Position numbers and translations under genes: made by a program | Virus record (IMG/VR): IMGVR_UViG_3300036803_000057 | Span: 1-42,727 of that record | Length of the DNA stretch: 42,727 nt | From: a virus | Lineage: Duplodnaviria; Caudoviricetes | Reading direction: 5' to 3' (one strand) | The notes under the pieces: generated by a model | The model's database searches: none | The model's input: only the letters and a program-made list of their open reading frames with translations | What the model was told of the DNA's origin: nothing | In this document: positions 34,935-42,727 of the stretch, piece by piece | Numbering within the stretch: the stretch's first letter is position 1 | Layout of the letters: each line of letters begins with the position of its first letter

Positions 34935-36677
34935 TTACTCTAGTCCGGGGATGCAGATTTCGAGTCCCTGATCGGTGTACATCTTGTCTTCGATTCCCGG
35001 CTCCTCGTAGGCCATCTCCTCCGGCTCCGGCTCGGTCGGTGCGTACTGCCCACGGTTGTAAATCATGTTGTACTTGTCGCGTTCGCGCATCATCTCCCAT
35101 GACAGGTCTTCGTCGTCAAGCTCGGTTGCGGCAATGCTGATTGGAAGATTGTCGGCAACGCGGGAGACAACATCGGGTAGGCCGCTGTCTTTGCTCATGC
35201 CGTACTGCACGAATCCCTCGATAAGCGGCTTGGTCTTGAGCGCGTCTGAGAAGTACAGCCGGGAGGTCGCAAGCAACGGCTCCAGGCTGCGGATGCGGGT
35301 GTCGCGTTCGGCTGCATCGCCCTGAAACTCAGTCCATGTGATGTAGATGTCCCACCCGGTAGTCAGAGTGTAGTTATTCAGCGCGGGTTGAATCATGCGT
35401 GCGCCGGGTGCCTCCTCGATGCTGACTTTGTGGCTCCCGTGACGGCGTGCTACGTCGTGAATCAGCTTGGCGAGAATGGACGGCTTGTAGTGGCCCTGCA
35501 ACGTCTCGGTGATGTACATGCGGTTGTTGTGGAGCGTGCCAACCGCGCCGGAGGTCATGGCCCAATCCAGACTCTTGCAGGGTAGGCGGAAATGAATGTA
35601 CCGCTGCCCCTCCATCGGCATGTCTTCCTCGTCCATGATCGCGGCCAACATCTGCGCCTCGGTGAAGACAAGCTCGGCGGCTCCGTAGCTGTCGAGCATG
35701 TACTGGGACATAAAGAAGTCGTAGTCACTCTCATACTCCTCGCGCAAAAAATCGTAGCTGAGGATGGACGGGAAGAGGAGGTCAACCTCGTTTTCGTTGG
35801 GGAACCCGTTGGGGTCTAGGCGTTCTCCGCTCAGTAGCCGCATGGCGGGTTTGAAGATGCGGTCATAGGTTCCGGGCCGCGCGGTGAGTATCTGATCGCT
35901 GAACACGTCGCCCAACCCGTAGGGGGTGCCGATGAAGATTTCAAACCCGGTCGGCTTGAGGATTTTGCGGGTGAGTTTGTACGCCTTCGTGACCTTCACC
36001 CGCCCATCGTGGGTGCGGGAGTTGCGGTTGGTGTGGATGTCGTCATAAACCAGAACGTCCGGGTGCCATCCGGTAGTGCTTGAGTCAATCGAGTTGGCCC
36101 ATATCACGGGTTCAACGATCTTAGGCTCATGCTGCCGGGGGAGTCCGGCAAATGCGCCGGGTTCCTTGCTGGTGTTCTTACTGCATGTCAGTTCGGGGAA
36201 GAGGGCTTGGAAGAGGGTCGGCGGTCGGCCTGGGGGCTTGATGAAGAAGCTGGCAATCTGCGCGACGAAAGCGTAGGCAAGGTCTTTGCCTCCGCTCATA
36301 ATCAGGATGCCGATGGTCTTGTAGTAGTACAGGATGAGCATCACCATGTAGGCAATGTCTAGGGTGCTCTTGTAGGTGTTGCGCGGATAGAGAAGTGTGC
36401 GGCGTCGGCGGCGTCCGATGTGCAACTCCTCAACCGATTGATTGGGGTCGATGACAGGGAAGAAGCGGACGGCCTCGGCATGGACTTCCTCGGTGACAAG
36501 ACAGTATCCCAACACATAGGCAAGGGCGAGTAGGTTGGTCATGCAGCAACGGCGTCCATCCTCGCGGACGCTCTCGTCGTCAATGACAAGCTGGGTAAGC
36601 TGCGCTCTCCATGCGCGATTGTCTCCGCGCTCCTGGCTGGGGTCGCGTAGCTTCCTCCAGTTGAAATGCCGCTCCAT
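34935..36677 (-). CDS. terL: Terminase large subunit
   Basis: PRNTYKST Walker A variant, GWHPDVLVYDD Walker B, IGTPY motif, FMSQY, RIRSLEP; upstream of portal. Confidence 0.85.
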   Translation of the reverse strand: MERHFNWRKLRDPSQERGDNRAWRAQLTQLVIDDESVREDGRRCCMTNLLALAYVLGYCLVTEEVHAEAVRFFPVIDPNQSVEELHIGRRRRRTLLYPRNTYKSTLDIAYMVMLILYYYKTIGILIMSGGKDLAYAFVAQIASFFIKPPGRPPTLFQALFPELTCSKNTSKEPGAFAGLPRQHEPKIVEPVIWANSIDSSTTGWHPDVLVYDDIHTNRNSRTHDGRVKVTKAYKLTRKILKPTGFEIFIGTPYGLGDVFSDQILTARPGTYDRIFKPAMRLLSGERLDPNGFPNENEVDLLFPSILSYDFLREEYESDYDFFMSQYMLDSYGAAELVFTEAQMLAAIMDEEDMPMEGQRYIHFRLPCKSLDWAMTSGAVGTLHNNRMYITETLQGHYKPSILAKLIHDVARRHGSHKVSIEEAPGARMIQPALNNYTLTTGWDIYITWTEFQGDAAERDTRIRSLEPLLATSRLYFSDALKTKPLIEGFVQYGMSKDSGLPDVVSRVADNLPISIAATELDDEDLSWEMMRERDKYNMIYNRGQYAPTEPEPEEMAYEEPGIEDKMYTDQGLEICIPGLE

Positions 36678-36678
36678 T

Positions 36679-36972
36679 TTACGCGGCCTCTGGGGAGGCT
36701 CCGGCTGCGGCTCCTACTGCGTCGGGCTGCATGGGCTGGCCCTGGGTGTCCTGCTGCATGTGCTGGGCGATAGCGGCCTGGATGGATGCCATGTCGGGAT
36801 GCTGATCTTCGCGGCTGTCCTTCTGTCCGTCGGCGGGTGGTCTGCCGTGCTTGTCGCGGAGATCGTGACGGGCGATGTAGCCGCCGTTGTCGGCGTGCCG
36901 GATGTGCATCTCGTGAGTGTGGAGTTTGTCGCCTTTTGAGGCTAGAACCTTTGCCGCGCTGTCTTCTGCCAT
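36679..36972 (-). CDS. Hypothetical protein upstream of terL
   Basis: GGAGG RBS; IRHADNGGYIARH. Confidence 0.7.
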   Translation of the reverse strand: MAEDSAAKVLASKGDKLHTHEMHIRHADNGGYIARHDLRDKHGRPPADGQKDSREDQHPDMASIQAAIAQHMQQDTQGQPMQPDAVGAAAGASPEAA

Positions 36973-37004
36973 GTGACGCCTCCGGGGTTGCTCACCCGGC
37001 GCGT

Positions 37005-37259
37005 CTACTCCACTCGCCGGATAGCTTGTCTGTTGAAGACTGAAAGATGGCCGTCTTCAAAACGTACCTGACATGTGCGTGTGGTTTGGCGAATGATCGT
37101 GCATCGCTGTCCCTTGCGGCCCTGCTTGTCCCATGCGAGAAAGTAGGGGTAGGGAGTTGGGGCTTCTGCGGCGGGGGCGGTTGGGCCAAGTCGCATGATG
37201 CCGGACTTCAAAAGTACATCAATCTGCTTCTCTTCGCTAGTTCGTTCTTTTCTCTTCAT
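37005..37259 (-). CDS. Hypothetical protein (SH3-like C-terminus)
   Basis: ATGA overlap; GRKGQRC...VRFEDG. Confidence 0.7.
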   Translation of the reverse strand: MKRKERTSEEKQIDVLLKSGIMRLGPTAPAAEAPTPYPYFLAWDKQGRKGQRCTIIRQTTRTCQVRFEDGHLSVFNRQAIRRVE

Positions 37260-37932
37260 GCGCTGACTCTCTCGGCATACTCGGCGGTGCAATGGGCTAA
37301 CTCGGGCGGGATGGTCGCGGCTTTGGCGGTGTATTCTTTTCGGGCTTTGGATTTTGAGCCGGACTGAATCATCTTGTCATTCAATCGGCATAGGCGTTTC
37401 TCTTCTGCGGACATGTTTTTATTAAATCCTGCGGCGTGCTTGATTCCTTTTTTTATCCCCATCGGAACCAGCGGGGGAACCAGCGGCCCCCAAAGGAAAA
37501 ACGGGCCGCAACAGCCATCCGCGAACCCTACAAAATTCTGCGCGGCCTTCACGTTCTCCATGATGAACGGCACTCCGCTTTTTATGAGGAGATTGCGGGA
37601 GTGCTCGAATAGCTTCAACCCCATCGCCGGATGCGGCGGGTTGGGGTGGAAGTGCGGCATCCCAAACAAGCTGAACTCCTCGCATGGACTGGAACACGTC
37701 GCGGCATCAAAAAATCCCAGCGTCGGGCCGTCTTGGATGTAGAACCCGCGCGTCCTGTTGAACCTCAGCTTCAGGATGTCGGCCTGGATGAACGTGCAAC
37801 GATCTGGAACCTCCGGGGGGGACAATAAATCAATCCCCACACACTCCCATCCCCGCGCTGCAAATGCCGCGCTCCATCCAAACCTTCCACAGAAAAGGTC
37901 TAGCAGTCTCCTACTGCGTTCTTTTCTCTTCA
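37243..37932. repeat. 16-bp direct repeat flanking the methyltransferase
   Basis: CGTTCTTTTCTCTTCA at 37243-37258 and 37917-37932. Confidence 0.9.
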
Positions 37933-37933
37933 A
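37256..37933 (-). CDS. Short orphan C5-cytosine DNA methyltransferase-like protein
   Basis: Motif I LDLFCGRFG, motif IV SPCEEFS, motif VI MENV, C-terminal IPPELA. Confidence 0.8.
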   Translation of the reverse strand: MKRKERSRRLLDLFCGRFGWSAAFAARGWECVGIDLLSPPEVPDRCTFIQADILKLRFNRTRGFYIQDGPTLGFFDAATCSSPCEEFSLFGMPHFHPNPPHPAMGLKLFEHSRNLLIKSGVPFIMENVKAAQNFVGFADGCCGPFFLWGPLVPPLVPMGIKKGIKHAAGFNKNMSAEEKRLCRLNDKMIQSGSKSKARKEYTAKAATIPPELAHCTAEYAERVSA

Positions 37934-38237
37934 AATTCTCTCTCAGTTCCTTGTGAAAGCACCACACACAGATGATTCTTGGCCGTGGGACGGCACCCCT
38001 AGCGATTAGCATGGCCTGGGTGGAGGGTGACAGCCACACGAAGACTCCGCACCCGCATTGGGCCTGTTGTGCGCCGTCAATTCCAAAGTGTTCGGGCGCG
38101 GCGACGATGGTTTCAACCTCGGCCTCCGCATCCTCCCACGGCTGGATGTGTCCGGCCTCGGCAAGCTCCCGCAGCTTGTCGTGGTGCTCCGGGTTCGTCC
38201 GCAGGGCGGCTCTCAGGACTGCAATCTCATTCGGCAT
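37911..38237 (-). CDS. Hypothetical Zn-binding protein
   Basis: CGCG.VWLSP...ICVWC. Confidence 0.65.
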   Translation of the reverse strand: MPNEIAVLRAALRTNPEHHDKLRELAEAGHIQPWEDAEAEVETIVAAPEHFGIDGAQQAQCGCGVFVWLSPSTQAMLIARGAVPRPRIICVWCFHKELRENFEEKRTQ

Positions 38238-38436
38238 CTTTGGGTTTGCCTCCATTGTGTTTTATAAACTGCGCCTCAATCAGCCGTCCTCGTTCTCTGC
38301 CGGGTAGATGCGCGAACTTTTTCCGGGCCTTTCTGAACGCTTGCGTCTGTGACAGCTTGCGGTCGCTCTCGCGGATTTGATGCGCTATCTCCACTACCGC
38401 GTAGTGCCAACACTGTTGCCGCTGCTCGTCGGTCAC
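38227..38436 (-). CDS. Hypothetical protein
   Basis: GTGA overlap start. Confidence 0.55.
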   Translation of the reverse strand: MTDEQRQQCWHYAVVEIAHQIRESDRKLSQTQAFRKARKKFAHLPGRERGRLIEAQFIKHNGGKPKDAE

Positions 38437-38708
38437 TGTGCGGTTCCCGGTTGCAGGATGCACGGCATCTTGACGCTGCGCGGGTCGTCCGGTCGTCCTG
38501 CGGTGGTGAGTCCAACTCTGAGACGGCACAGGGTACATTCCACGATGTAAATCCCGCATCGCTTCGCCGGGTAGGGTAAATCGGTGGTGCAAGTCGTCTC
38601 CGCTCCCTGGCTCATGTCGATGTCGATGCCAGTGGGGTAGGCGGGGTTGGGTTCACACCCCGGCTCCCGCCTGGAATCATGCCAACTGATCTGAAACTGT
38701 TGCTCCAT
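38433..38708 (-). CDS. Hypothetical phage protein
   Basis: PNPAYPTGIDID, LPYPAKRCG, TTAGRPDDPRS. Confidence 0.75.
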   Translation of the reverse strand: MEQQFQISWHDSRREPGCEPNPAYPTGIDIDMSQGAETTCTTDLPYPAKRCGIYIVECTLCRLRVGLTTAGRPDDPRSVKMPCILQPGTAQ

Positions 38709-39051
38709 CTTGCTCCTCGGTCGTCTTCTTTTTGGGGCCGGGTTTCTGGCGGGGGTTGGCTTTACGATACTCCCGTTCCGTGATCTCTTCGGGTGAAAGT
38801 TCGGAGTCGGGCGGCGGGTTCTTCCGCTCCCACTGCCGCCAACGCTTGTACCTCGCGCGTTCGGCTAGGCTCGCTGGGTGCTCGCAGTAGTGGCAACGCT
38901 TGAGGGTGTTGCGGGTGCGCCTCCATAACTCCCGCGTGTCGCGGCACTCCGGGCTACAGGTGAGGGCTTTGTGGAGCCGGGGGGTATTGGGCGGGATGGG
39001 CTTCCCACACACGGTACATTTTGGTTCGATGAGGACGATGGTTCTGCTCAA
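38677..39051 (-). CDS. Zn-ribbon protein
   Basis: CTVCGKPIP...CSPEC and CHYC. Confidence 0.7.
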   Translation of the reverse strand: MSRTIVLIEPKCTVCGKPIPPNTPRLHKALTCSPECRDTRELWRRTRNTLKRCHYCEHPASLAERARYKRWRQWERKNPPPDSELSPEEITEREYRKANPRQKPGPKKKTTEEQDGATVSDQLA

Positions 39052-39482
39052 GCTGGCTCCATTCTGGTGATGATGTATTCGGTTCGGGGGTTGTCGCGGT
39101 CTTCACGGTGAACAACGCACTTGCTATGTTCTCCGTCAACTGCCGCGTCGGTGTGGATGAGACGGCAACGCACCAGCGCATCTAATCCGCTCTTCCAAAA
39201 GTTGTCGAAGTCGCCGTGTTGTCGCGGCCCCAGATAGACATCCATTCGGACACCGTAGCGCGTTCTCTTTCGCTCCTTCTCTGCCTCCGGCGCAACGGTG
39301 CGGCCCTGGGCGAAGATGGCGACGGCATCCCGGTATGCCTTAGCCTCCGGGGTTAGCTTCTTTCCCTTGTGCGCCTGTCCATCCTTGCCCCTGTAGTAGC
39401 AGGATTTGGTGTAGTGATTCACGCTGGGGGGTGTCAGATACGGCACGGTGAAGCTAACCGTCTTTTCGATCTCGCTTGACAT
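39048..39482 (-). CDS. rusA: RusA-family Holliday junction resolvase
   Basis: PPSVNHY, DFDNFWKSGLDAL, PRTEYII. Confidence 0.85.
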   Translation of the reverse strand: MSSEIEKTVSFTVPYLTPPSVNHYTKSCYYRGKDGQAHKGKKLTPEAKAYRDAVAIFAQGRTVAPEAEKERKRTRYGVRMDVYLGPRQHGDFDNFWKSGLDALVRCRLIHTDAAVDGEHSKCVVHREDRDNPRTEYIITRMEPA

Positions 39483-39549
39483 CCTTCTAAAGTACCTGCA
39501 AAGTGTAGTTATGTCTACCGCAAAGCAACCGTCAACCGTCGGCTACGGT

Positions 39550-39765
39550 ATGGGAGGCCAACGTTCCGGCAAGAAAACCGGGATTATCGTCCAAAGCATC
39601 CGCATCTCCGTCGCGGACAACAACAAAATGCACCGGGTAGCGAAGGCGGAGGGTCGTTCCTTCAACTCCTGGGCTGCAATGGTGCTCAAGCGCGAAGCTG
39701 AAAAGTTTTTCATCAAGCGCAAGGGCACCCAACCTAAGAAAGAGGTAGTAAGTGGCGAGAACTAG
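39550..39765 (+). CDS. Arc/RHH-like regulator
   Basis: QSIRIS....MHRVAKAEGRSFNSWAAMVL; divergent from rusA. Confidence 0.7.
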   Translation: MGGQRSGKKTGIIVQSIRISVADNNKMHRVAKAEGRSFNSWAAMVLKREAEKFFIKRKGTQPKKEVVSGEN

Positions 39766-39961
39766 CACCATCGCTAAGCCCGACAATAAGCCCGTCTCGA
39801 ATGGCGTGCTTCACCCTCAACCCCAAGACCCAAAGATGGAACTTTTCTACATGCTCGGCGTGCTGCGCGGAGCGGGTGTTGAAGGTTCCATCCGCATTGC
39901 GGAGTTGGTCAACCAGATATTATCTCCGTCCGCTGACGCGCCGGAGCCGGGGGCCGAATAA
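39752..39961 (+). CDS. Hypothetical protein
   Basis: GAGG RBS, GTG. Confidence 0.55.
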   Translation: MARTSTIAKPDNKPVSNGVLHPQPQDPKMELFYMLGVLRGAGVEGSIRIAELVNQILSPSADAPEPGAE

Positions 39962-39963
39962 TA

Positions 39964-40248
39964 ATGGCGGTACGAGAACCTAGTAGATCGTTCCTTCGTG
40001 AGTTAAACGATGCGGCGGGTAATGCCCGGTTCGAGGTAAGGGCTGCTGTCAAAAAGCACGTCGTTTCTCTCTTGCTGTTGCTATATCCCGAATGGGTGAG
40101 CGGCTTGATGGACGCAATAACCGCCGAACATGGGGAGCAAAAAAGAGTGGTCAACCCGGAGGAGTATTTAGCCATGACCCCTGATGAGCAGGAGGATTTT
40201 TTGGTTCTGCTGGCGGGTGGTAAACCCAAGAAACGGAGGGTCAATTAA
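39964..40248 (+). CDS. Hypothetical protein
   Basis: Tightly packed ORF. Confidence 0.6.
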   Translation: MAVREPSRSFLRELNDAAGNARFEVRAAVKKHVVSLLLLLYPEWVSGLMDAITAEHGEQKRVVNPEEYLAMTPDEQEDFLVLLAGGKPKKRRVN

Positions 40249-40536
40249 ATGGCGACGTTTCTACGCACTAGCGGGGAGAGGGAAGTGCTCTCCCCGCTCA
40301 ATGGGGTTCACTGGACTTTCGCAGAGTTGGGGTTGCTTGTGGGCGGCTATCCTGAGAGGTTGCGGACAACGGACGGGCGGTACTTGGTGATTGACGAAGA
40401 GGGCAAGTTGAAGGATAAGCCGCTCAACCGTGAGGCCACCCTGATCTACGTCTACGGTCGGCATGACCCTATCGTGGGCGACGTAGTTATCATTGACACG
40501 AATCTGGAGATGGACGGGCCGGACGATGGCGATTGA
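40249..40536 (+). CDS. DUF3846-like protein
   Basis: LVGGY.E, VIDEEGKLK..PLN..AT, DPIVGDVVI. Confidence 0.8.
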   Translation: MATFLRTSGEREVLSPLNGVHWTFAELGLLVGGYPERLRTTDGRYLVIDEEGKLKDKPLNREATLIYVYGRHDPIVGDVVIIDTNLEMDGPDDGD

Positions 40537-40846
40537 CGGAAAGCGGAAATGGCGTAGGCCGTCGGAGTTGGTGCATCACGATATGCCTCCGTTGTTCTGC
40601 CCTTCGTGCTTCACGATGTTTGATGTAGTTACCGGGATACAGAACAAGGAAAAGCCGGAGCCGGGGGATTTCACTATCTGCATAGAGTGTGCCGCCGTGC
40701 TCCGGTACGACAAGGATATGACGGCGGTGTTGTCGTCGCTCATGGAGGTTCCGATGATCTCGCGGATGAACTTCGCGCGGGTGGTGTCGGAGTTGAAAGA
40801 GAGGGGGCCGCGAACTAAGCGTAATTCTTCCGGGCCACTGGCGTAG
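40526..40846 (+). CDS. Zn-binding hypothetical protein
   Basis: CPSC...PEPGDFTICIEC. Confidence 0.7.
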   Translation: MAIDGKRKWRRPSELVHHDMPPLFCPSCFTMFDVVTGIQNKEKPEPGDFTICIECAAVLRYDKDMTAVLSSLMEVPMISRMNFARVVSELKERGPRTKRNSSGPLA

Positions 40847-41828
40847 GCGATTTGATGATGGTCAGTCCGGTCTTGGGGTCGATCTCAAACCGGGCGGCTG
40901 GATAGACCTTGTGAACTTCGCCCAACTGCTCTAAGAATTTTTCTCTAAACTTCCTCAGCCTGTCGTATTCCGGCCCGAACTGGTATTTCAATTTATCCCA
41001 CGTTAGGGGCCGTGATCTCTGCTGCTTCATCGCAAAATTGGTGTAGGCCAACCATGTGTAAATATCAAGGGCCATCGGAGAGTTTTGCAGCGCGAGAATG
41101 TCCACCTGTCGGACGGGCATACAGCCAGCTTTCAGCCGCTCGAAAATCTCATCGTTCAACGTCACGGCTCCGTCCCATTTTCCTACTTCGTGGATGCCTG
41201 TTGGGAACCAGATGTCAAACTTGCTGAGGAATGGCACGCCATTAATCATTGACATCTTCGTCTCACCCGGCGTTCGCCCTGGGCTGGTGATGTAGAACCT
41301 CATGTTCGAGGCGAAGAGGCGGGTGATCTGCTCTTGAAGGGGCCGGATAGTGCCTTTCTTCCCCGTGATCGGCGTAATACCCAATCCCATCCGCATCCAT
41401 TCGCTGATTGTGTCGCCTAGATAAAGCTCCTGCTTCTTGTTCCGCATGGCCTCAGTGCAGAAGTACAGCATCATCACCCTGGGCCGCGTCCCATAGGGGT
41501 ATCCCTGCATCACAAAGGTGCGGTTGTGTGGGTTCATAATCGAGCCGCGTGCGATGGACAGGGCGACAACCCCGTTGTCGCGGGTGTAGAGCGGACAATT
41601 CTCGCCGGGGTCGGTGTAGGGCAGTCCGCATTGCGCCAAGACGACGTTGAGGTAGAGCAAAACGTTCTTGTCGGAGTCAAGGTTGAAGGCGTGCGTAGCG
41701 GCGTGAAGCTTGCGCTCTTGGACGAGGGATAACTTGCGCTTCGGGTCGCTGCTCTCGCCTGTAATCGGGTTTGTGGAAGGTTCGGTTATGGCACCCATGC
41801 TTTGGAGGGTATACCACTTTATTTCCAC
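40815..41828 (-). CDS. repA: Plasmid replication initiator (RepA_C, IncW/pBBR1-like)
   Basis: LAQCGLPY, GYPYGTRPR, Q.TRLF, L.NSPMALDIYTWL, L..QFG, VYPAA motifs. Confidence 0.9.
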   Translation of the reverse strand: MEIKWYTLQSMGAITEPSTNPITGESSDPKRKLSLVQERKLHAATHAFNLDSDKNVLLYLNVVLAQCGLPYTDPGENCPLYTRDNGVVALSIARGSIMNPHNRTFVMQGYPYGTRPRVMMLYFCTEAMRNKKQELYLGDTISEWMRMGLGITPITGKKGTIRPLQEQITRLFASNMRFYITSPGRTPGETKMSMINGVPFLSKFDIWFPTGIHEVGKWDGAVTLNDEIFERLKAGCMPVRQVDILALQNSPMALDIYTWLAYTNFAMKQQRSRPLTWDKLKYQFGPEYDRLRKFREKFLEQLGEVHKVYPAARFEIDPKTGLTIIKSPTPVARKNYA

Positions 41829-41882
41829 AGCACAAGACGCCAGTTAGTCACTATGCAAGTTGTTGATTCCAGTAAAAACAGA

Positions 41883-42028
41883 GGGATGGAGTGGGGGCGC
41901 GTCTGATTATTATCCACAGAATCCACAGGCTTAGGCGGTTTTCCGAAGTTTTCAGAGATGGAGTGGGGGCGCAAAAGCGAGTTTTCAGGGATGGAGTGGG
42001 GGCGCTTTGAGGGATGGAGTGGGGGCGC
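41883..42028. repeat. Four 18-bp iterons G(G/A)GATGGAGTGGGGGCGC
   Basis: At 41883, 41955, 41988 and 42011, directly upstream of repA. Confidence 0.95.
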
Positions 42029-42114
42029 TCCTCTATATTGTTTTAAGTATTTGTAGTTGGTGTGTAGAAAAAACATGAGTAGTAAAAGCCGATGAACGGC
42101 GATTTTGTGGAAAA
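41883..42114. other. Plasmid origin of replication
   Basis: Iterons, perfect DnaA box TTATCCACA 41910-41918, near-boxes 41919-41927 and 42106-42114, AT-rich tract ~42034-42088. Confidence 0.85.
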
Positions 42115-42223
42115 CGCCTCAAGAGCGCAGATACGACCCTCCGGGGTGGGGTAAGCCACACAAACGGCGTACAATCGCCTCTACGGGCCGCTGAGGGCCG
42201 GGAATCGGCATCGTAGGGAGGGG

Positions 42224-42526
42224 TTGAACGTGAAAGATCGCATCGGGAACAAGCTGGCGCACGGTGACAAGGTGCTTGTGGAGCTTCCGACCTCCTCCAT
42301 CGTGGGATTCATCGCGGAACTGCAAGAGCCTGGGGTGATCGCGTTGCGTCGGGGTGCGGCTGCTGCTGGCACTCCTGGGCGCGTGCTGGTGTCACTGGTG
42401 ATCGCGTTGCCGTGTGAGGCCGATGCGGACGCAGTACCGCAACTCATCAAGGTCTACGACGCTCAGAGGGCCGTGGTGCCATCATTGGAGTCTGAAGGTA
42501 CATCCGAACCATCGAAGGCAAACTAA
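42224..42526 (+). CDS. Hypothetical protein
   Basis: GGAGG RBS; VKDRIGNKLAHGDKVLV. Confidence 0.7.
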   Translation: MNVKDRIGNKLAHGDKVLVELPTSSIVGFIAELQEPGVIALRRGAAAAGTPGRVLVSLVIALPCEADADAVPQLIKVYDAQRAVVPSLESEGTSEPSKAN

Positions 42527-42559
42527 GCGAATACAGAGCATTGGGACGGCATCCCAAGA

Positions 42560-42727
42560 GTATCTAGAAAACAGCCAAGAGAGCGCATAAAGGCATGTGG
42601 TGAGCATGTAGTGAGAGAGCCAAGTAAGCAGTAAGGAAAAACAAATACAGTAAAACAGTTGCAAACAAACACAGAAATGTGGTAAGAAAGTACACGTTCA
42701 AACAAACAAAAAACTTTTCTAACAAAA
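42560..42727. other. A-tract-rich non-coding end
   Basis: Strongly A-biased, with AAA runs spaced ~11-12 bp. Confidence 0.7.

Larger units (their letters stand above)
1..42727. mobile_element. Phage-plasmid genome (podovirus-like virion module + iteron plasmid replicon)
   Basis: TerL, portal, capsid, ejection and fibre genes together with RepA, iterons and DnaA boxes; no host housekeeping genes, no integrase seen. Confidence 0.85.

Noticed and set aside
13476-36939. Numerous + strand and alternate-frame ORFs in the virion module
   Set aside because: Shadow ORFs of GC-rich - strand genes, lacking RBS and motifs
36679-36972. Terminase small subunit
   Set aside because: Position fits, but no HTH or oligomerisation pattern recognisable; left as hypothetical

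Overview
The window looks like a complete or near-complete ~42.7-kb short-tailed (podovirus-like) phage genome that replicates as a plasmid (a phage-plasmid). It has a plasmid RepA with an iteron/DnaA-box/AT-rich origin (41.9-42.1 kb) and no recognisable integrase, HTH repressor, ParA or protelomerase. Layout: (i) repeat-rich non-coding ends; (ii) a + strand early operon (0.37-5.0 kb; clamp-loader-like ATPase, DUF932, small hypotheticals) in which a 20-nt motif precedes five genes; (iii) a - strand accessory operon (5.1-12.9 kb) headed by an RHH regulator; (iv) a - strand virion module (13.0-36.9 kb: TerL, portal, scaffold, capsid, adaptors, nozzle, ejection proteins, SleB-like hydrolase, tail fibre, holin-like); (v) C5 methyltransferase, RusA, second RHH, DUF3846 and repA. 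The most unusual signals are a TerL whose nuclease acidic residues appear lost, mirror-image phased A/T tracts at the two ends, the repeated early-gene leader motif, three genes flanked by 16-21-bp direct repeats that make them seamlessly excisable, and an unannotated type I toxin-antitoxin-like locus between terL and portal. All family calls come from motif recognition by eye, without database searches. Many start codons were re-chosen from RBS or stop-start overlap.
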